A stretch of DNA of 27,458 bases from a virus (lineage: Duplodnaviria > Caudoviricetes). The notes beneath the pieces were generated by a model. That model was not told the origin of the DNA and did no database searches. It saw nothing but the letters and a program-made list of their open reading frames with translations. A program made the translations under genes and the position numbers. Location: positions 1-27,458 of the IMG/VR virus record IMGVR_UViG_3300025398_000077. One strand, written 5' to 3'. The number at the start of each line of letters is the position of its first letter. The stretch's first letter is position 1. Below, one piece after another: positions 14,666-23,379 of this stretch.

Positions 14666-14889
14666 GCGTTCTCTTTCTTCTTGATGGGGGTTACGAGGCT
14701 AGGGATGAAGTGCCGGTACTTGGAGTGTTGCCACGTTCCACCGATGCACGTCACCCACTGGCACTCGCCGTCTTCACTCAAACGGGCTGAGTAAAAGGTG
14801 AACGAGCCACGTTGGAAAGCCACCTTCACGGGGTCTCCACGCTCTAGCCCGTTCCACGAACTTACGACTAGCCCTTTGGCTGTTGCCAT
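14662..14889 (-). CDS. hypothetical protein
   Basis: AAGGAGG RBS; first gene after a promoter. Confidence 0.75.
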   Translation of the reverse strand: MATAKGLVVSSWNGLERGDPVKVAFQRGSFTFYSARLSEDGECQWVTCIGGTWQHSKYRHFIPSLVTPIKKKENA

Positions 14890-14914
14890 GCTTCCTCCTT
14901 AGGTTCATGCTTAG

Positions 14915-14944
14915 ACCTTACTGTCCTAGCGTAGGACAATGCAA
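14915..14944 (-). promoter_or_regulatory. promoter TTGCAT-N18-TAAGGT with perfect palindromic operator TGTCCTA-N3-TAGGACA
   Basis: Spacer matches 8230-8247 at 17/18 positions. Confidence 0.75.
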
Positions 14945-14949
14945 GTATT

Positions 14950-15003
14950 AAAAAAAGAAATCCCCTCGGCGGTTTGAGTGCATCAAAGCCGAGGGGATTC
15001 TTT
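14950..15003 (-). terminator. intrinsic terminator ending the late/structural transcript
   Basis: ATCCCCTCGGC/GCCGAGGGGAT stem followed by a U-run on the - strand. Confidence 0.8.
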
Positions 15004-15041
15004 GTCCTGAGGAAGGAACGGTACGAGACCGCACCACCATT

Positions 15042-15551
15042 TTAGGGTGTAACTGTGTACGCCGAGAATAACTGCGCTGGGGTCACGATGTAAATGTCGC
15101 CCCAGTCCTGGAGCCAGCCGCCGTAGCGCAGAGCCTCGGCGACCAGAGCTGAGCATATCCATGAATCCTGCGAGCGAAACGACGGGAACCAGTTAGGCGT
15201 GAGGATGTCCAGGACGTTTGACACGATGCTCCCCCAGCCGTAGTGACTACCGACCTGCGCACGGGCGAAGGCAAGGATGTCGGAGCGGCTGTGGGTCGGC
15301 AAAGGCTCGACGAGGATGTAGTCGCCCACGGTCTCGATGCGCTTGCCCTGCGTCACGCCAGAGGGCTCGGCTTGGATGATGGTGACTACCCACTCATCGC
15401 CGTCGTGCTCCACCGTGTCTACGATGAAAGCGTGGTTCCAGTGAGAGGGCTTCACTCCCCAGCGCAGGCGCTCGCCGAAGCGGATGGCCTTACCCATGAT
15501 TCCGTTCGAGTGGGCGAAGCCAATGTCGCCTGGCTGGGGAATCGGGCTCAC
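15042..15551 (-). CDS. permuted papain-like NlpC/P60 amidase (YaeF/YiiX type)
   Basis: QPGDI, SHWNHAFI (His first), FARAQVG..Y, WICSALVAEA (Cys last). Confidence 0.8.
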   Translation of the reverse strand: MSPIPQPGDIGFAHSNGIMGKAIRFGERLRWGVKPSHWNHAFIVDTVEHDGDEWVVTIIQAEPSGVTQGKRIETVGDYILVEPLPTHSRSDILAFARAQVGSHYGWGSIVSNVLDILTPNWFPSFRSQDSWICSALVAEALRYGGWLQDWGDIYIVTPAQLFSAYTVTP

Positions 15552-15799
15552 TTGGCTGGGGTCTCGGTCGGGGTCTTGCCTGCGGCCTTCACCGGCAGAG
15601 CGCCGAGGAGCCACGACAGTTTGGGGTACTTGACTTCGAGCTGACGGACGATGCCGTAGTAGACCGTCGAGATGACGGGCAGGAGGATAGCCAACTCGCC
15701 AGCCGGAACGTGCTTCTCCAACTTGGTGAGGTAGGCGATGACGGATCCGACCAACACCGGAACGAAGGTGCGGATGATGTTCTTGTAGTAATTGCTCAT
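15548..15799 (-). CDS. putative holin
   Basis: IRTFVPVLVG...YYGIVRQLE...WLLG; two TM segments; actinophage holin-like. Confidence 0.7.
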   Translation of the reverse strand: MSNYYKNIIRTFVPVLVGSVIAYLTKLEKHVPAGELAILLPVISTVYYGIVRQLEVKYPKLSWLLGALPVKAAGKTPTETPAK

Positions 15800-15942
15800 G
15801 CTGCTGCTTTCTTTATGCACTTGTGACTGTCGGCCTCTAGGACGAGGTTCGGCAGTCGGTTGAAGGGGATGTTTGCTAGCGCCCCCGAGCTCAGAAGAAT
15901 CATCTTCGAGCACTTGTCGCATTGGTAGATGAGGTTAGCCAT
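15796..15942 (-). CDS. small hypothetical protein (48 aa)
   Basis: Manual translation MANLIYQCDKC...HKC; ATGA overlap with the holin. Confidence 0.5.
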   Translation of the reverse strand: MANLIYQCDKCSKMILLSSGALANIPFNRLPNLVLEADSHKCIKKAAA

Positions 15943-15982
15943 AGGTGTCTATGGTACACCTCGCCCCCGTGTGTTTGTCCGT

Positions 15983-17158
15983 CTATAGGACTGCGAGGTC
16001 TGACCAGCCCTTTTGGTCGTGGTTGCCGACCAGCATGGTGAGAGTGCCAGGGGTAGACCACTTGCCGGTCATGTCGGAGAACCACTTAGATCCGCCGTCG
16101 AGACTGGGGCACTGGAAGCGGAAGAACGGCCCGAAGTCATCGACCGCTAGGTGGTGGCGGTGCGCCGTCACCCAGAGCCGAGGCATCACGCCGGTCTCGT
16201 ACTGCAGGCGCTGAGACTGCCCTCGGAGCCACTCGTGCTCCTTGCCGCTTATCTTGTGACCGTGCGTAATCGCCACCGGAACACCGGAGAGCGTGACCAT
16301 CTGCACCATCTCGTCGTGGGCGATGTGCCACTCACTCGGGCCGGCGTTGCCGAACACTCGTTGCAAGGTGTCAGCCAGGTAGCCGCCAGCGTTGTCGCTG
16401 TCAGACGTGACCGCCTTTGAGCCACCGTTGCGCGTCCACTCGCCGTGATTGCAGAGCACTGAGGCGAATATGTCGGGGTCGAGCGCCGCCACTCCCTGCG
16501 TCCACAGGTCAAGGACGAGGTTTAGTTGCGCCCTGAGCGTGAGCTCGACGGTGAAGGTCTGGCTCGCATAGTTGCCGGAGCAATTTTCGATAGGGTCGCC
16601 GCAGTTAAAGATGGCGACTTTCTCGATGTTCCTGCCGGCCTTGCGCAGTTCCTTGATGCGAGCGAGGCAGTCCTCGAACGATTGCTGGACACGCTCGACG
16701 GTCGCCGCCACTCCACCGTTCTCCGACTTGGCTATCTGCCAGTCGGCCCAGTTTATGAGGAACGTGCAGGGCTCAGCGTCGCTGGTGGGCTTGGTTGCCT
16801 TCGGTCGCCACTTGTCTATCTTGGCGCGAAGTGCGTCAACGTCGGCCTCAGTCGCCTGGGGCGTTCGTCGGGCGAACCTCGCCCTGTAGGAGTAGAGCCA
16901 GACCACGTCTCGGTCGCCTGATTCCGTGCGCTTGGACTGCTGCCACTTGGACATCCGCACCGTGTCATCGACAACGTAGAACACGGCAGGGTCAAGCCCG
17001 AAGCCCTCAAGGATTGAATCCCAGTCCACCGAGAGTTCGATGGGGGCGTAGAGTTCGCCGGTCTGGAACTCGCCGCCGTCGGGCCCGACCTCGACGGAGG
17101 ACTTGACGGTCTTCTCTTGGCGAAACTCAAACTCGCTTAGATCCGCGCACATACACAC
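15983..17158 (-). CDS. calcineurin-like metallophosphoesterase (possible nuclease)
   Basis: ADWQ, GDPIEN, NHGE, HGH, AHRHH motifs. Confidence 0.85.
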   Translation of the reverse strand: MCMCADLSEFEFRQEKTVKSSVEVGPDGGEFQTGELYAPIELSVDWDSILEGFGLDPAVFYVVDDTVRMSKWQQSKRTESGDRDVVWLYSYRARFARRTPQATEADVDALRAKIDKWRPKATKPTSDAEPCTFLINWADWQIAKSENGGVAATVERVQQSFEDCLARIKELRKAGRNIEKVAIFNCGDPIENCSGNYASQTFTVELTLRAQLNLVLDLWTQGVAALDPDIFASVLCNHGEWTRNGGSKAVTSDSDNAGGYLADTLQRVFGNAGPSEWHIAHDEMVQMVTLSGVPVAITHGHKISGKEHEWLRGQSQRLQYETGVMPRLWVTAHRHHLAVDDFGPFFRFQCPSLDGGSKWFSDMTGKWSTPGTLTMLVGNHDQKGWSDLAVL

Positions 17159-17367
17159 TCCCCTCGGCAGTGCAGGCGCGTGGAGTTCACGCGGAACTGC
17201 GCCCCTCGGCGCTCACAGGCGCGGTGGATGCTTGACGCGGTGATGTCGGGCATCTCGATAGCCGCTAAAATCGTCTCGCGGTCATCCTCGGGGAGTTCGT
17301 CGATGAATCTCCCGACCACACATTTCTGCGTGGGCTTCTCGTAAAACTCCGATAGGTCAACTGCCAC
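17137..17367 (-). CDS. small hypothetical protein (C...HxxGxCxC)
   Basis: GAGGAGG RBS; extended -10 TGATACACT at 17397-17405 on the - strand. Confidence 0.75.
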   Translation of the reverse strand: MAVDLSEFYEKPTQKCVVGRFIDELPEDDRETILAAIEMPDITASSIHRACERRGAQFRVNSTRLHCRGECVCARI

Positions 17368-17402
17368 AGTTCCTCCTCAGGTTATGCACAGCCCTGAGTG
17401 TA

Positions 17403-17747
17403 TCAGAAACCAACTGGCGAAACCGTGACCTCTCCCTGCCAGACCGCAGAGGTGTGCGTCGTGTCCGTACCGCTAGAGGGCTGACCCGACCAGATGACCG
17501 ACCAGACACCAGCGAGACCCGTGGTAGCGAGGTCGGCGTGGAACACTCCGGCGCTGTCGTTGACGATGGTGCCCGAGGGGTCGCCCGAGCCGTTCGTCCA
17601 GGTGTAAGTCGTGGAGGTCTGCCCTTGCACCGAGACTTGAAGCGTCACGATGTCGGGGTTGACTTTCGTGCCCGAGATGCTGGTGAAGGGGTAATCGGTG
17701 GTGGTGGCCCTGATTACAGCGCCCTCGAAAAAGGTGTAGGAGCTCAT
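17403..17747 (-). CDS. hypothetical virion-associated beta-sandwich protein
   Basis: T/S/G-rich; follows the tail fibre genes. Confidence 0.65.
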   Translation of the reverse strand: MSSYTFFEGAVIRATTTDYPFTSISGTKVNPDIVTLQVSVQGQTSTTYTWTNGSGDPSGTIVNDSAGVFHADLATTGLAGVWSVIWSGQPSSGTDTTHTSAVWQGEVTVSPVGF

Positions 17748-17998
17748 GCGTAAAACGTGCCTTTCGTAGTAGCGGAAGTGAACATGCCCTCGACGTTGCC
17801 GGCGTAGAACGTGCCGCGCACCGTAGATCCGTAGAACGTGCCCTCGACGGTTGCGCTGGCAAATGTGCTAGCAACGCTAGCGCCGTAGAACGTGCCCTCA
17901 ACTGTGCCAGGGGAAGCCTTGAAACCGACCTTGCCGAGAAACCAGCCGATGAAGCCTGCGCCGAAATAGGGGCGCGTGTAATTCTTGCGTGAGGTCAT
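17744..17998 (-). CDS. small protein with tandem 9-aa repeats (xxVEGTFYG)
   Basis: Six imperfect repeats; DNA repeat CCGTAGAACGTGCCCTC. Confidence 0.65.
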   Translation of the reverse strand: MTSRKNYTRPYFGAGFIGWFLGKVGFKASPGTVEGTFYGASVASTFASATVEGTFYGSTVRGTFYAGNVEGMFTSATTKGTFYA

Positions 17999-20445
17999 GC
18001 CAGACCGACCCAGATGGGCGAGCCGCTAACTGCTGGGGTTCCCGAGATGGTCGTGGGAAGCGAGGCTACGGTCAACGTACTGCAACGCTGGTTGAGGGTG
18101 TTCGCCGCGACTGTGTTGGGGCCGACGTTGATGGCTGCCGCCGTCGCCTGGTTAAAGGCGAACAGGTGACTCGCCGCCGCCGAGTTTGTAATTATGCCGA
18201 GCCAGTAGACACCCGAGGTGGTCGGGGTGTAGGCGGTGCCGAAACTGCCGGAAGCCTGCGTGTTGGTCGTGGTCGTGGCGATGTTACCCGTGACAGCCAA
18301 CTGCGTCGTGGCGCTGTAGAGGCCGACCGTGACGTAACTGCTACCGACACCCGTGGCGGTGATGACGTAGACGTTGGAGTACGTCACGCCTGCCTGAAGG
18401 TAGACCGCCATGAAATAGACCACGCCGGTCGTCAGCGTTAGACCACCCGTCGCCACCGTGTTCGTGCCCGCGTCATACGTCCACGCCTTCAGTCCATTCA
18501 ACGCTGGCGGGGTCATGGCGACTGGGGTGACGTAGGAGAGCGCCGAGCCGTTCGAGGTCAGCACCGTGCCGTTAGAGCCGACGGCGGTGAGGTTCGTGCC
18601 ACCGTTCGCTACTGGCAGTGTTCCCGTCGTGACGTGAGCCACAGATACGACGGTCGGGCTAGTCGATGTGCCGCTGAGGTCGCCCGCCAATTGGATAAGG
18701 CCCGAGGTTGTTGTAGTCGCCGCTACGGGACCGTAGGCCCAGCCAACACCGCTCGGACCGGTTTGTATGTATTGCCCGACCGACCCAGCAGCGAGGTTGG
18801 CAACTGGTAAAGAACCGGTCACACCCGTCGAGAGCGAGATGTTGGTGATGGTGTTGTTCGACCCGTTGATGGTTTTGTTCGTCAGGGTGTCCGAGGTTGC
18901 TTGACCGACAAGGGTGTCGTTCGACGTTGGCAACTGAAGGGTCCCGCCGCCGTTAAGAATTGCTGAGATGGTCGGGCTGGTGAGCGTCTTATTCGTGAGC
19001 GTCTGGGTCGCGGCGTTGAGAGTGAAGGTGTCGTTCTGCCCCGAAGGGATATTGAGGACGTATGTGGTCGATGCCGAGCCTGCCGTCGTCGGCTGAAGTT
19101 GAACGTAGGTCCCCATCGTGTTCGCTTGGTATTGGAGATACCCCGGAGTCGAGCCAGAGACGAGGCCGATGGTCGGGCGGTCAAGGCTGGGAGTGCCGAT
19201 GCTGGGGCTGGCCTGAAGAACAACTGTCGAGCCCGAGCCAGTCACGCTGGACAGCCCGAACGTGATTTGCCCGTTGGAGTAAGTCACGGAGAGGCGACCG
19301 TTCCCGTCCGTGTTAAACGAGGGAACAGCCGAGGCCCAGTTGCCCGACGATCCGGTGGTCTCGACGATGCCGAGCCAGTACGCCTTCGGTGCAATCCAGA
19401 CGGGGTTGTTCGCGCCAGCCTCGTCGATGCTTTGTCCGGTGCTGGGGTACAATTTCAGCCAGTGAGTGCTGTCGGTGTTGTCTACCCAGACCGCCTGACC
19501 CGTTGCGGAGATGTAAGGCAACTCAACGCCAGTGCCTGCGCCGCCGTTGGTCGTAGCCGTAGCGCCCGAGACGATGTTGTAGTTGTACGCCAGAGCGCCT
19601 GCAGAGGTCTGCGTGGAGCCTGCCGCCGTGACTGCGCCGGTCGTGCCGACCGTGCCGTTGCCAGCCGAAGCCCATGAGCCAGGCGTACCGCTTGCCGTGC
19701 AGACCCAGAACTTGCCGTACTGGTCAACGATGAAGTCGCCCGTGACGAACGTGCCGGAGGTCGGTGCGCCGTTAGTGGTTGCGCCGACGAAGCGAGCGCC
19801 AGCCGTTGCACCCGTGAGGCCCGTGGCTTTGTGGTCTGTGCCTACGATTTCGCCGCCGCCAGTGATGGCGTTGCCACCCATAGCGATAGCGCCCGACATC
19901 GTGCCACCAGCGAGAGGCAACTTGGTTGCTTCGGCGGCCTCCGCGCGTGTGGTCTCGGCAGAGATGGCGGTGCTGAGCGTTGATTCAGCCCCCTCAGCTC
20001 GTGTGACCTCGGCAGAGATTTGGTAGGCGTTTGAGGCGATTTGCTTGTTGAACTGTAGGCTTTCGGTCGCCGTCGCCACGGGGAACACGTTGAAGTTCGT
20101 GCCGTTGCCAGCCGAGTGTGCCTGGGCGGTCGTGCCGTCGTAGCCTCGCCCGTTGAGCGTTCCGTCAGTCCAGACTGTCACTACCCCCGTGGACGGGTTC
20201 AGCGCCGAGCAGAGAATCTTCTCCTCAGTCGCCGAGCCGAAGTCCACGTCCACCACGAACGGCCCAGACGTGCCCAGAGGGTTCGTCGTGAGCACACCAG
20301 TAAAGTCCAGCTCGTACCACGTCGAGGCAGAGCCCAGCGTAAAGGTCTGGCCCGTCGTGTAGGTAGCAGCGAGCGTCGAGGCGAGGTAGGTCGGCTGAGC
20401 GCTACCGGCGTAGGAGCGGATGGTGGTGGATGAGGGGTAGGACAT
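17995..20445 (-). CDS. tail fibre / receptor-binding protein
   Basis: 816 aa, T/G/S-rich; AEVTRAEGAE coiled repeat, LPLAGGTMSG, TLTNKT repeats, LPVANGGT. Confidence 0.85.
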   Translation of the reverse strand: MSYPSSTTIRSYAGSAQPTYLASTLAATYTTGQTFTLGSASTWYELDFTGVLTTNPLGTSGPFVVDVDFGSATEEKILCSALNPSTGVVTVWTDGTLNGRGYDGTTAQAHSAGNGTNFNVFPVATATESLQFNKQIASNAYQISAEVTRAEGAESTLSTAISAETTRAEAAEATKLPLAGGTMSGAIAMGGNAITGGGEIVGTDHKATGLTGATAGARFVGATTNGAPTSGTFVTGDFIVDQYGKFWVCTASGTPGSWASAGNGTVGTTGAVTAAGSTQTSAGALAYNYNIVSGATATTNGGAGTGVELPYISATGQAVWVDNTDSTHWLKLYPSTGQSIDEAGANNPVWIAPKAYWLGIVETTGSSGNWASAVPSFNTDGNGRLSVTYSNGQITFGLSSVTGSGSTVVLQASPSIGTPSLDRPTIGLVSGSTPGYLQYQANTMGTYVQLQPTTAGSASTTYVLNIPSGQNDTFTLNAATQTLTNKTLTSPTISAILNGGGTLQLPTSNDTLVGQATSDTLTNKTINGSNNTITNISLSTGVTGSLPVANLAAGSVGQYIQTGPSGVGWAYGPVAATTTTSGLIQLAGDLSGTSTSPTVVSVAHVTTGTLPVANGGTNLTAVGSNGTVLTSNGSALSYVTPVAMTPPALNGLKAWTYDAGTNTVATGGLTLTTGVVYFMAVYLQAGVTYSNVYVITATGVGSSYVTVGLYSATTQLAVTGNIATTTTNTQASGSFGTAYTPTTSGVYWLGIITNSAAASHLFAFNQATAAAINVGPNTVAANTLNQRCSTLTVASLPTTISGTPAVSGSPIWVGLA

Positions 20446-20454
20446 CTAGGTTCC

Positions 20455-21120
20455 TTAGAGGCTGTCGTTGATGATGACCGTCGAAGAGTTGATGGTGGCG
20501 ACTGAGGTGGTGACTTTCAGGTACCACATGGACGGAACACGGACGGGGATTACCTGCGAATAGACCACGGCGTTATTGGCAACGGCGGGGAAGATGACCG
20601 TGGAGGCTGCCGACGTAGATCCGAGCGCGACCGTCACTGTGCCAGCCGTGCCACCAGTAATAACGACGTAGTAGGTCGCCCAGGTCGAGGCGGTGTTCTG
20701 GACTGCCGTGCCCGAGGTCAGCGTGACCGTGCCACCGGCTGAAGGTACGCCGCCCTGAACCGAGGTCGAGACGAGCTGCACCTGTCCGGTGGTCGAGCCG
20801 CCTGGGGTGTGGGCTGCAATGGTGGTGGAGGCGTAGCCGCGACCGTTGCCGAGTGAGGACGAGTAGACCGTGACGTGGTTGGTGTCGTAGTTCGCCGCCG
20901 AGCAGAGAATTTGCTCGTTGTCAATCTTGAGCACGAACGGGCCCGAGGCGCCGAGGGGGATGGTAGTCATCGCGCCGGTTGCGTCTACCTGGTAGAGACC
21001 CTTGAGGCTGTAGACCTCGAACGTCTCGCCAGTTTTGAAGCCTGAGGCGATGGGGCCGACCAGCCACGTTGTCGAGGGCGTAATGCTTGGGGCGACGAGG
21101 TTGGAGATGCTTACTGACAT
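20455..21120 (-). CDS. tail-associated protein sharing its N-terminal domain with the tail fibre
   Basis: PLGASGPFV...EQILCSA...NGRGY..T...AH matches the N-terminus of 17995..20445. Confidence 0.7.
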   Translation of the reverse strand: MSVSISNLVAPSITPSTTWLVGPIASGFKTGETFEVYSLKGLYQVDATGAMTTIPLGASGPFVLKIDNEQILCSAANYDTNHVTVYSSSLGNGRGYASTTIAAHTPGGSTTGQVQLVSTSVQGGVPSAGGTVTLTSGTAVQNTASTWATYYVVITGGTAGTVTVALGSTSAASTVIFPAVANNAVVYSQVIPVRVPSMWYLKVTTSVATINSSTVIINDSL

Positions 21121-21141
21121 GGGTTTCCTTTGCTTAGGGGG

Positions 21142-21429
21142 TTAGAGGTTTTCCTGCGACCACTTCGTCGCGTGTTCGGTGGTCAGTTTCCCGACCAGCC
21201 CGATGGGGAGGATGCCCAGCCAGCCACGCCAACCGAGGTGGATTAACTGGACACCCGAGAAGGAGGCGAGGACGATGTTCACGATGTCCGAGAACCCGTC
21301 CATGTTGCCGGCAAGTTTGTGCCGGCCCTGCGAGATGGCTTTGGTGAGCACGGTGTTGAGCACGTCGCGAAGAATCATGCACACGGATCCGATGCCCGAG
21401 TAGAGCAGAACAAGGAGCCAGGTGTGCAC
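21142..21429 (-). CDS. small membrane protein
   Basis: Three hydrophobic segments. Confidence 0.65.
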   Translation of the reverse strand: MHTWLLVLLYSGIGSVCMILRDVLNTVLTKAISQGRHKLAGNMDGFSDIVNIVLASFSGVQLIHLGWRGWLGILPIGLVGKLTTEHATKWSQENL

Positions 21430-21818
21430 TAGTTCGCCTTTCGCAGTTCTTCGAGCATGACGCGGTGCTCGGCGAGCATCTGGCGCGTGGCTTCGCTGAC
21501 TTCGAGGTGGTACTTCGCCAACTCCGACGAGATGCGGTCGGCTCGCTTGGCGGCGATGAGCAAGATGGCTCCCTGCAAACCTGCCAGGGTGGAGAGGGCG
21601 AGGTTGAGCAAGATGAAGGGGTAGGGGTCAAACGGGTGGCCCGTCTCGACGTTGTAGACCATCCACGTCGCCATCAGGCAGACGAAGCCGAAGACGAAGG
21701 GCCAACTCCCCATGCCGTGCCTCATAGCGTCGGCGGCGCGTTCTCCGAGGGTGCGCTCGTTACCTGTTCGGACGGCTGGATGGAACTGCCAGTGACTTTC
21801 GCGCTTCATAGCGAGCAT
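21429..21818 (-). CDS. DUF1003-family membrane protein
   Basis: TLGERAAD....GSWPF...W....FDPYPFILLNL.LS. Confidence 0.85.
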   Translation of the reverse strand: MLAMKRESHWQFHPAVRTGNERTLGERAADAMRHGMGSWPFVFGFVCLMATWMVYNVETGHPFDPYPFILLNLALSTLAGLQGAILLIAAKRADRISSELAKYHLEVSEATRQMLAEHRVMLEELRKAN

Positions 21819-21848
21819 TATCCTTGCTAATGGTTGATGGAGCGAGCG

Positions 21849-22181
21849 TTAAAGGCCCTTGTGAGCGCCCAGGTGCTTGTCGAGCTCAGTCTGCACGATG
21901 TCGAGTTTGTTGTCGAGGCGCAGGACTGCGGCTTCGATGCGGTTGATGGCATCACGCATGGAGGAGCCGCCGTTAGGTCGGTACTGCTTCTTGATTTCCT
22001 CGATTTCGGCAGCCAGGCGCTCGGAGGCGAGGTCGGAGGCTTTGACCGCGACCTTGTGGTGGACGAAGACGCGGATCTGGTTGATGGTCTTGAAGCCACC
22101 CCAGACGATGCCGACGAGGAAGCCGATGCTCACGATGAAGTTAATCCACCAGTTAGCGGTGTTGAGGCTCAAAGCAATCAT
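21849..22181 (-). CDS. membrane protein with coiled coil (lysis cassette, holin/antiholin-like)
   Basis: N-terminal TM, PNGGSSMRDAINRIE motif; follows the endolysin. Confidence 0.7.
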   Translation of the reverse strand: MIALSLNTANWWINFIVSIGFLVGIVWGGFKTINQIRVFVHHKVAVKASDLASERLAAEIEEIKKQYRPNGGSSMRDAINRIEAAVLRLDNKLDIVQTELDKHLGAHKGL

Positions 22182-22894
22182 GACTTAGGCCCCTCGATGA
22201 TTTCCTCGATGAGGTGCTCCATCTTGGCAATCGGGCCCGAGTGGACAGCCTCGGCGCTCTCGGCCTCGTGAGGGGCAACTGGGGCGCTCTGCGTGGCTTC
22301 TGGCTTCGCTTCGATGTGCGCAGGCTCGACCGGCGGCTGGGGCTTCGGCTCGGCGGTGGCTACCGGCTGCACTTTTGGAGCAGTTACGCTTGCACTTTCG
22401 GCAACTTTGACAACGGGCTTGTCAAGTTCGTGGGGGGTGCGCACCTTGTTTGCGCCGGTGTGGAAGCGCAGGTAGGTCTGGGGCTGGCGACCGTCTTGGC
22501 TGACGTAGACGAGGCTCGGGTCTCCCTGCTGGCCCATCGAGATAGTGAGGGGGTCGTGCCCTGGCTCAACGACGAGGGCGGTGTGCCAGCCGGTTCCAGG
22601 GCCATAAACGATAACGTCGCCGGCCTGCACCTGCTCACGGGGGATGATGAGCCCGTGGCTAAGCAGTGTGCCGGTGTAGCCCTCATGGTCGTAGTGCTGA
22701 CCGTTCGGGTCATCTGCGCCAGCGAGCCAGTAGCAGAGCGTCACAAACGCTGAGCAGTCGCAGTCAATGGGGAACTTCGGGGGCCAGACACCGATGGCGC
22801 TCATACGCGCTGGGCCTTCGCTGTAGTTCATCTCGGCTTTGTGCTCCATGAGCCAGTGGGCCCATGCGACGATTGCCTGTCGAGTGTCTGCCAT
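22178..22894 (-). CDS. endolysin, NlpC/P60 cysteine peptidase
   Basis: DCSAFV, GYTGTL, GDVIVYG...HTALV; Pro/Ala/Glu-rich tail. Confidence 0.85.
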   Translation of the reverse strand: MADTRQAIVAWAHWLMEHKAEMNYSEGPARMSAIGVWPPKFPIDCDCSAFVTLCYWLAGADDPNGQHYDHEGYTGTLLSHGLIIPREQVQAGDVIVYGPGTGWHTALVVEPGHDPLTISMGQQGDPSLVYVSQDGRQPQTYLRFHTGANKVRTPHELDKPVVKVAESASVTAPKVQPVATAEPKPQPPVEPAHIEAKPEATQSAPVAPHEAESAEAVHSGPIAKMEHLIEEIIEGPKS

Positions 22895-22902
22895 GTTTCT
22901 CC

Positions 22903-23379
22903 TTAGTTAATGCCGATGACGGTGATAGATCCGAAAGCGGCGGTTGCGGTTCCCGTGCCGAGCTTCGAGTAAAGGTTGAGCGAGAACGACTGCAAGCCAA
23001 CACCCTGCCCGAGAGCATTGGGCTGGTAGATGTACGCCCCCGAGAAGGCGTTGGCGCTGGTCGTGGTCACGTCGCCAATCTGGTAGGCGTAGAACGGCAC
23101 TGCCGAGGCGTTGAGGCTGAGGCCGGCGAAGATTTGCGTCGATGCTGATGCCGCGCTCAAGGTCTGGGCGAACGAGAACAGCACGAGGTAGGTGTTAAAC
23201 CCTCCCGAGACCGTGACCGAGGTGAGCAGTCCACCTGCGTAGGCGTTGGTCAGCCCGACACCCGTGTTCGTGGGTGTGCCCGATGACCACACGCCACCCT
23301 GTCGCCAGAACGAGCCGTCCTGTCCGTCGCCGAGTGAGGTGAGCGTTGCGCCGTAGGTCGAGGTGTTGCGGATAACCAT
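22903..23379 (-). CDS. minor tail protein
   Basis: G/S/T-rich; coupled to the upstream tail gene. Confidence 0.65.
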   Translation of the reverse strand: MVIRNTSTYGATLTSLGDGQDGSFWRQGGVWSSGTPTNTGVGLTNAYAGGLLTSVTVSGGFNTYLVLFSFAQTLSAASASTQIFAGLSLNASAVPFYAYQIGDVTTTSANAFSGAYIYQPNALGQGVGLQSFSLNLYSKLGTGTATAAFGSITVIGIN

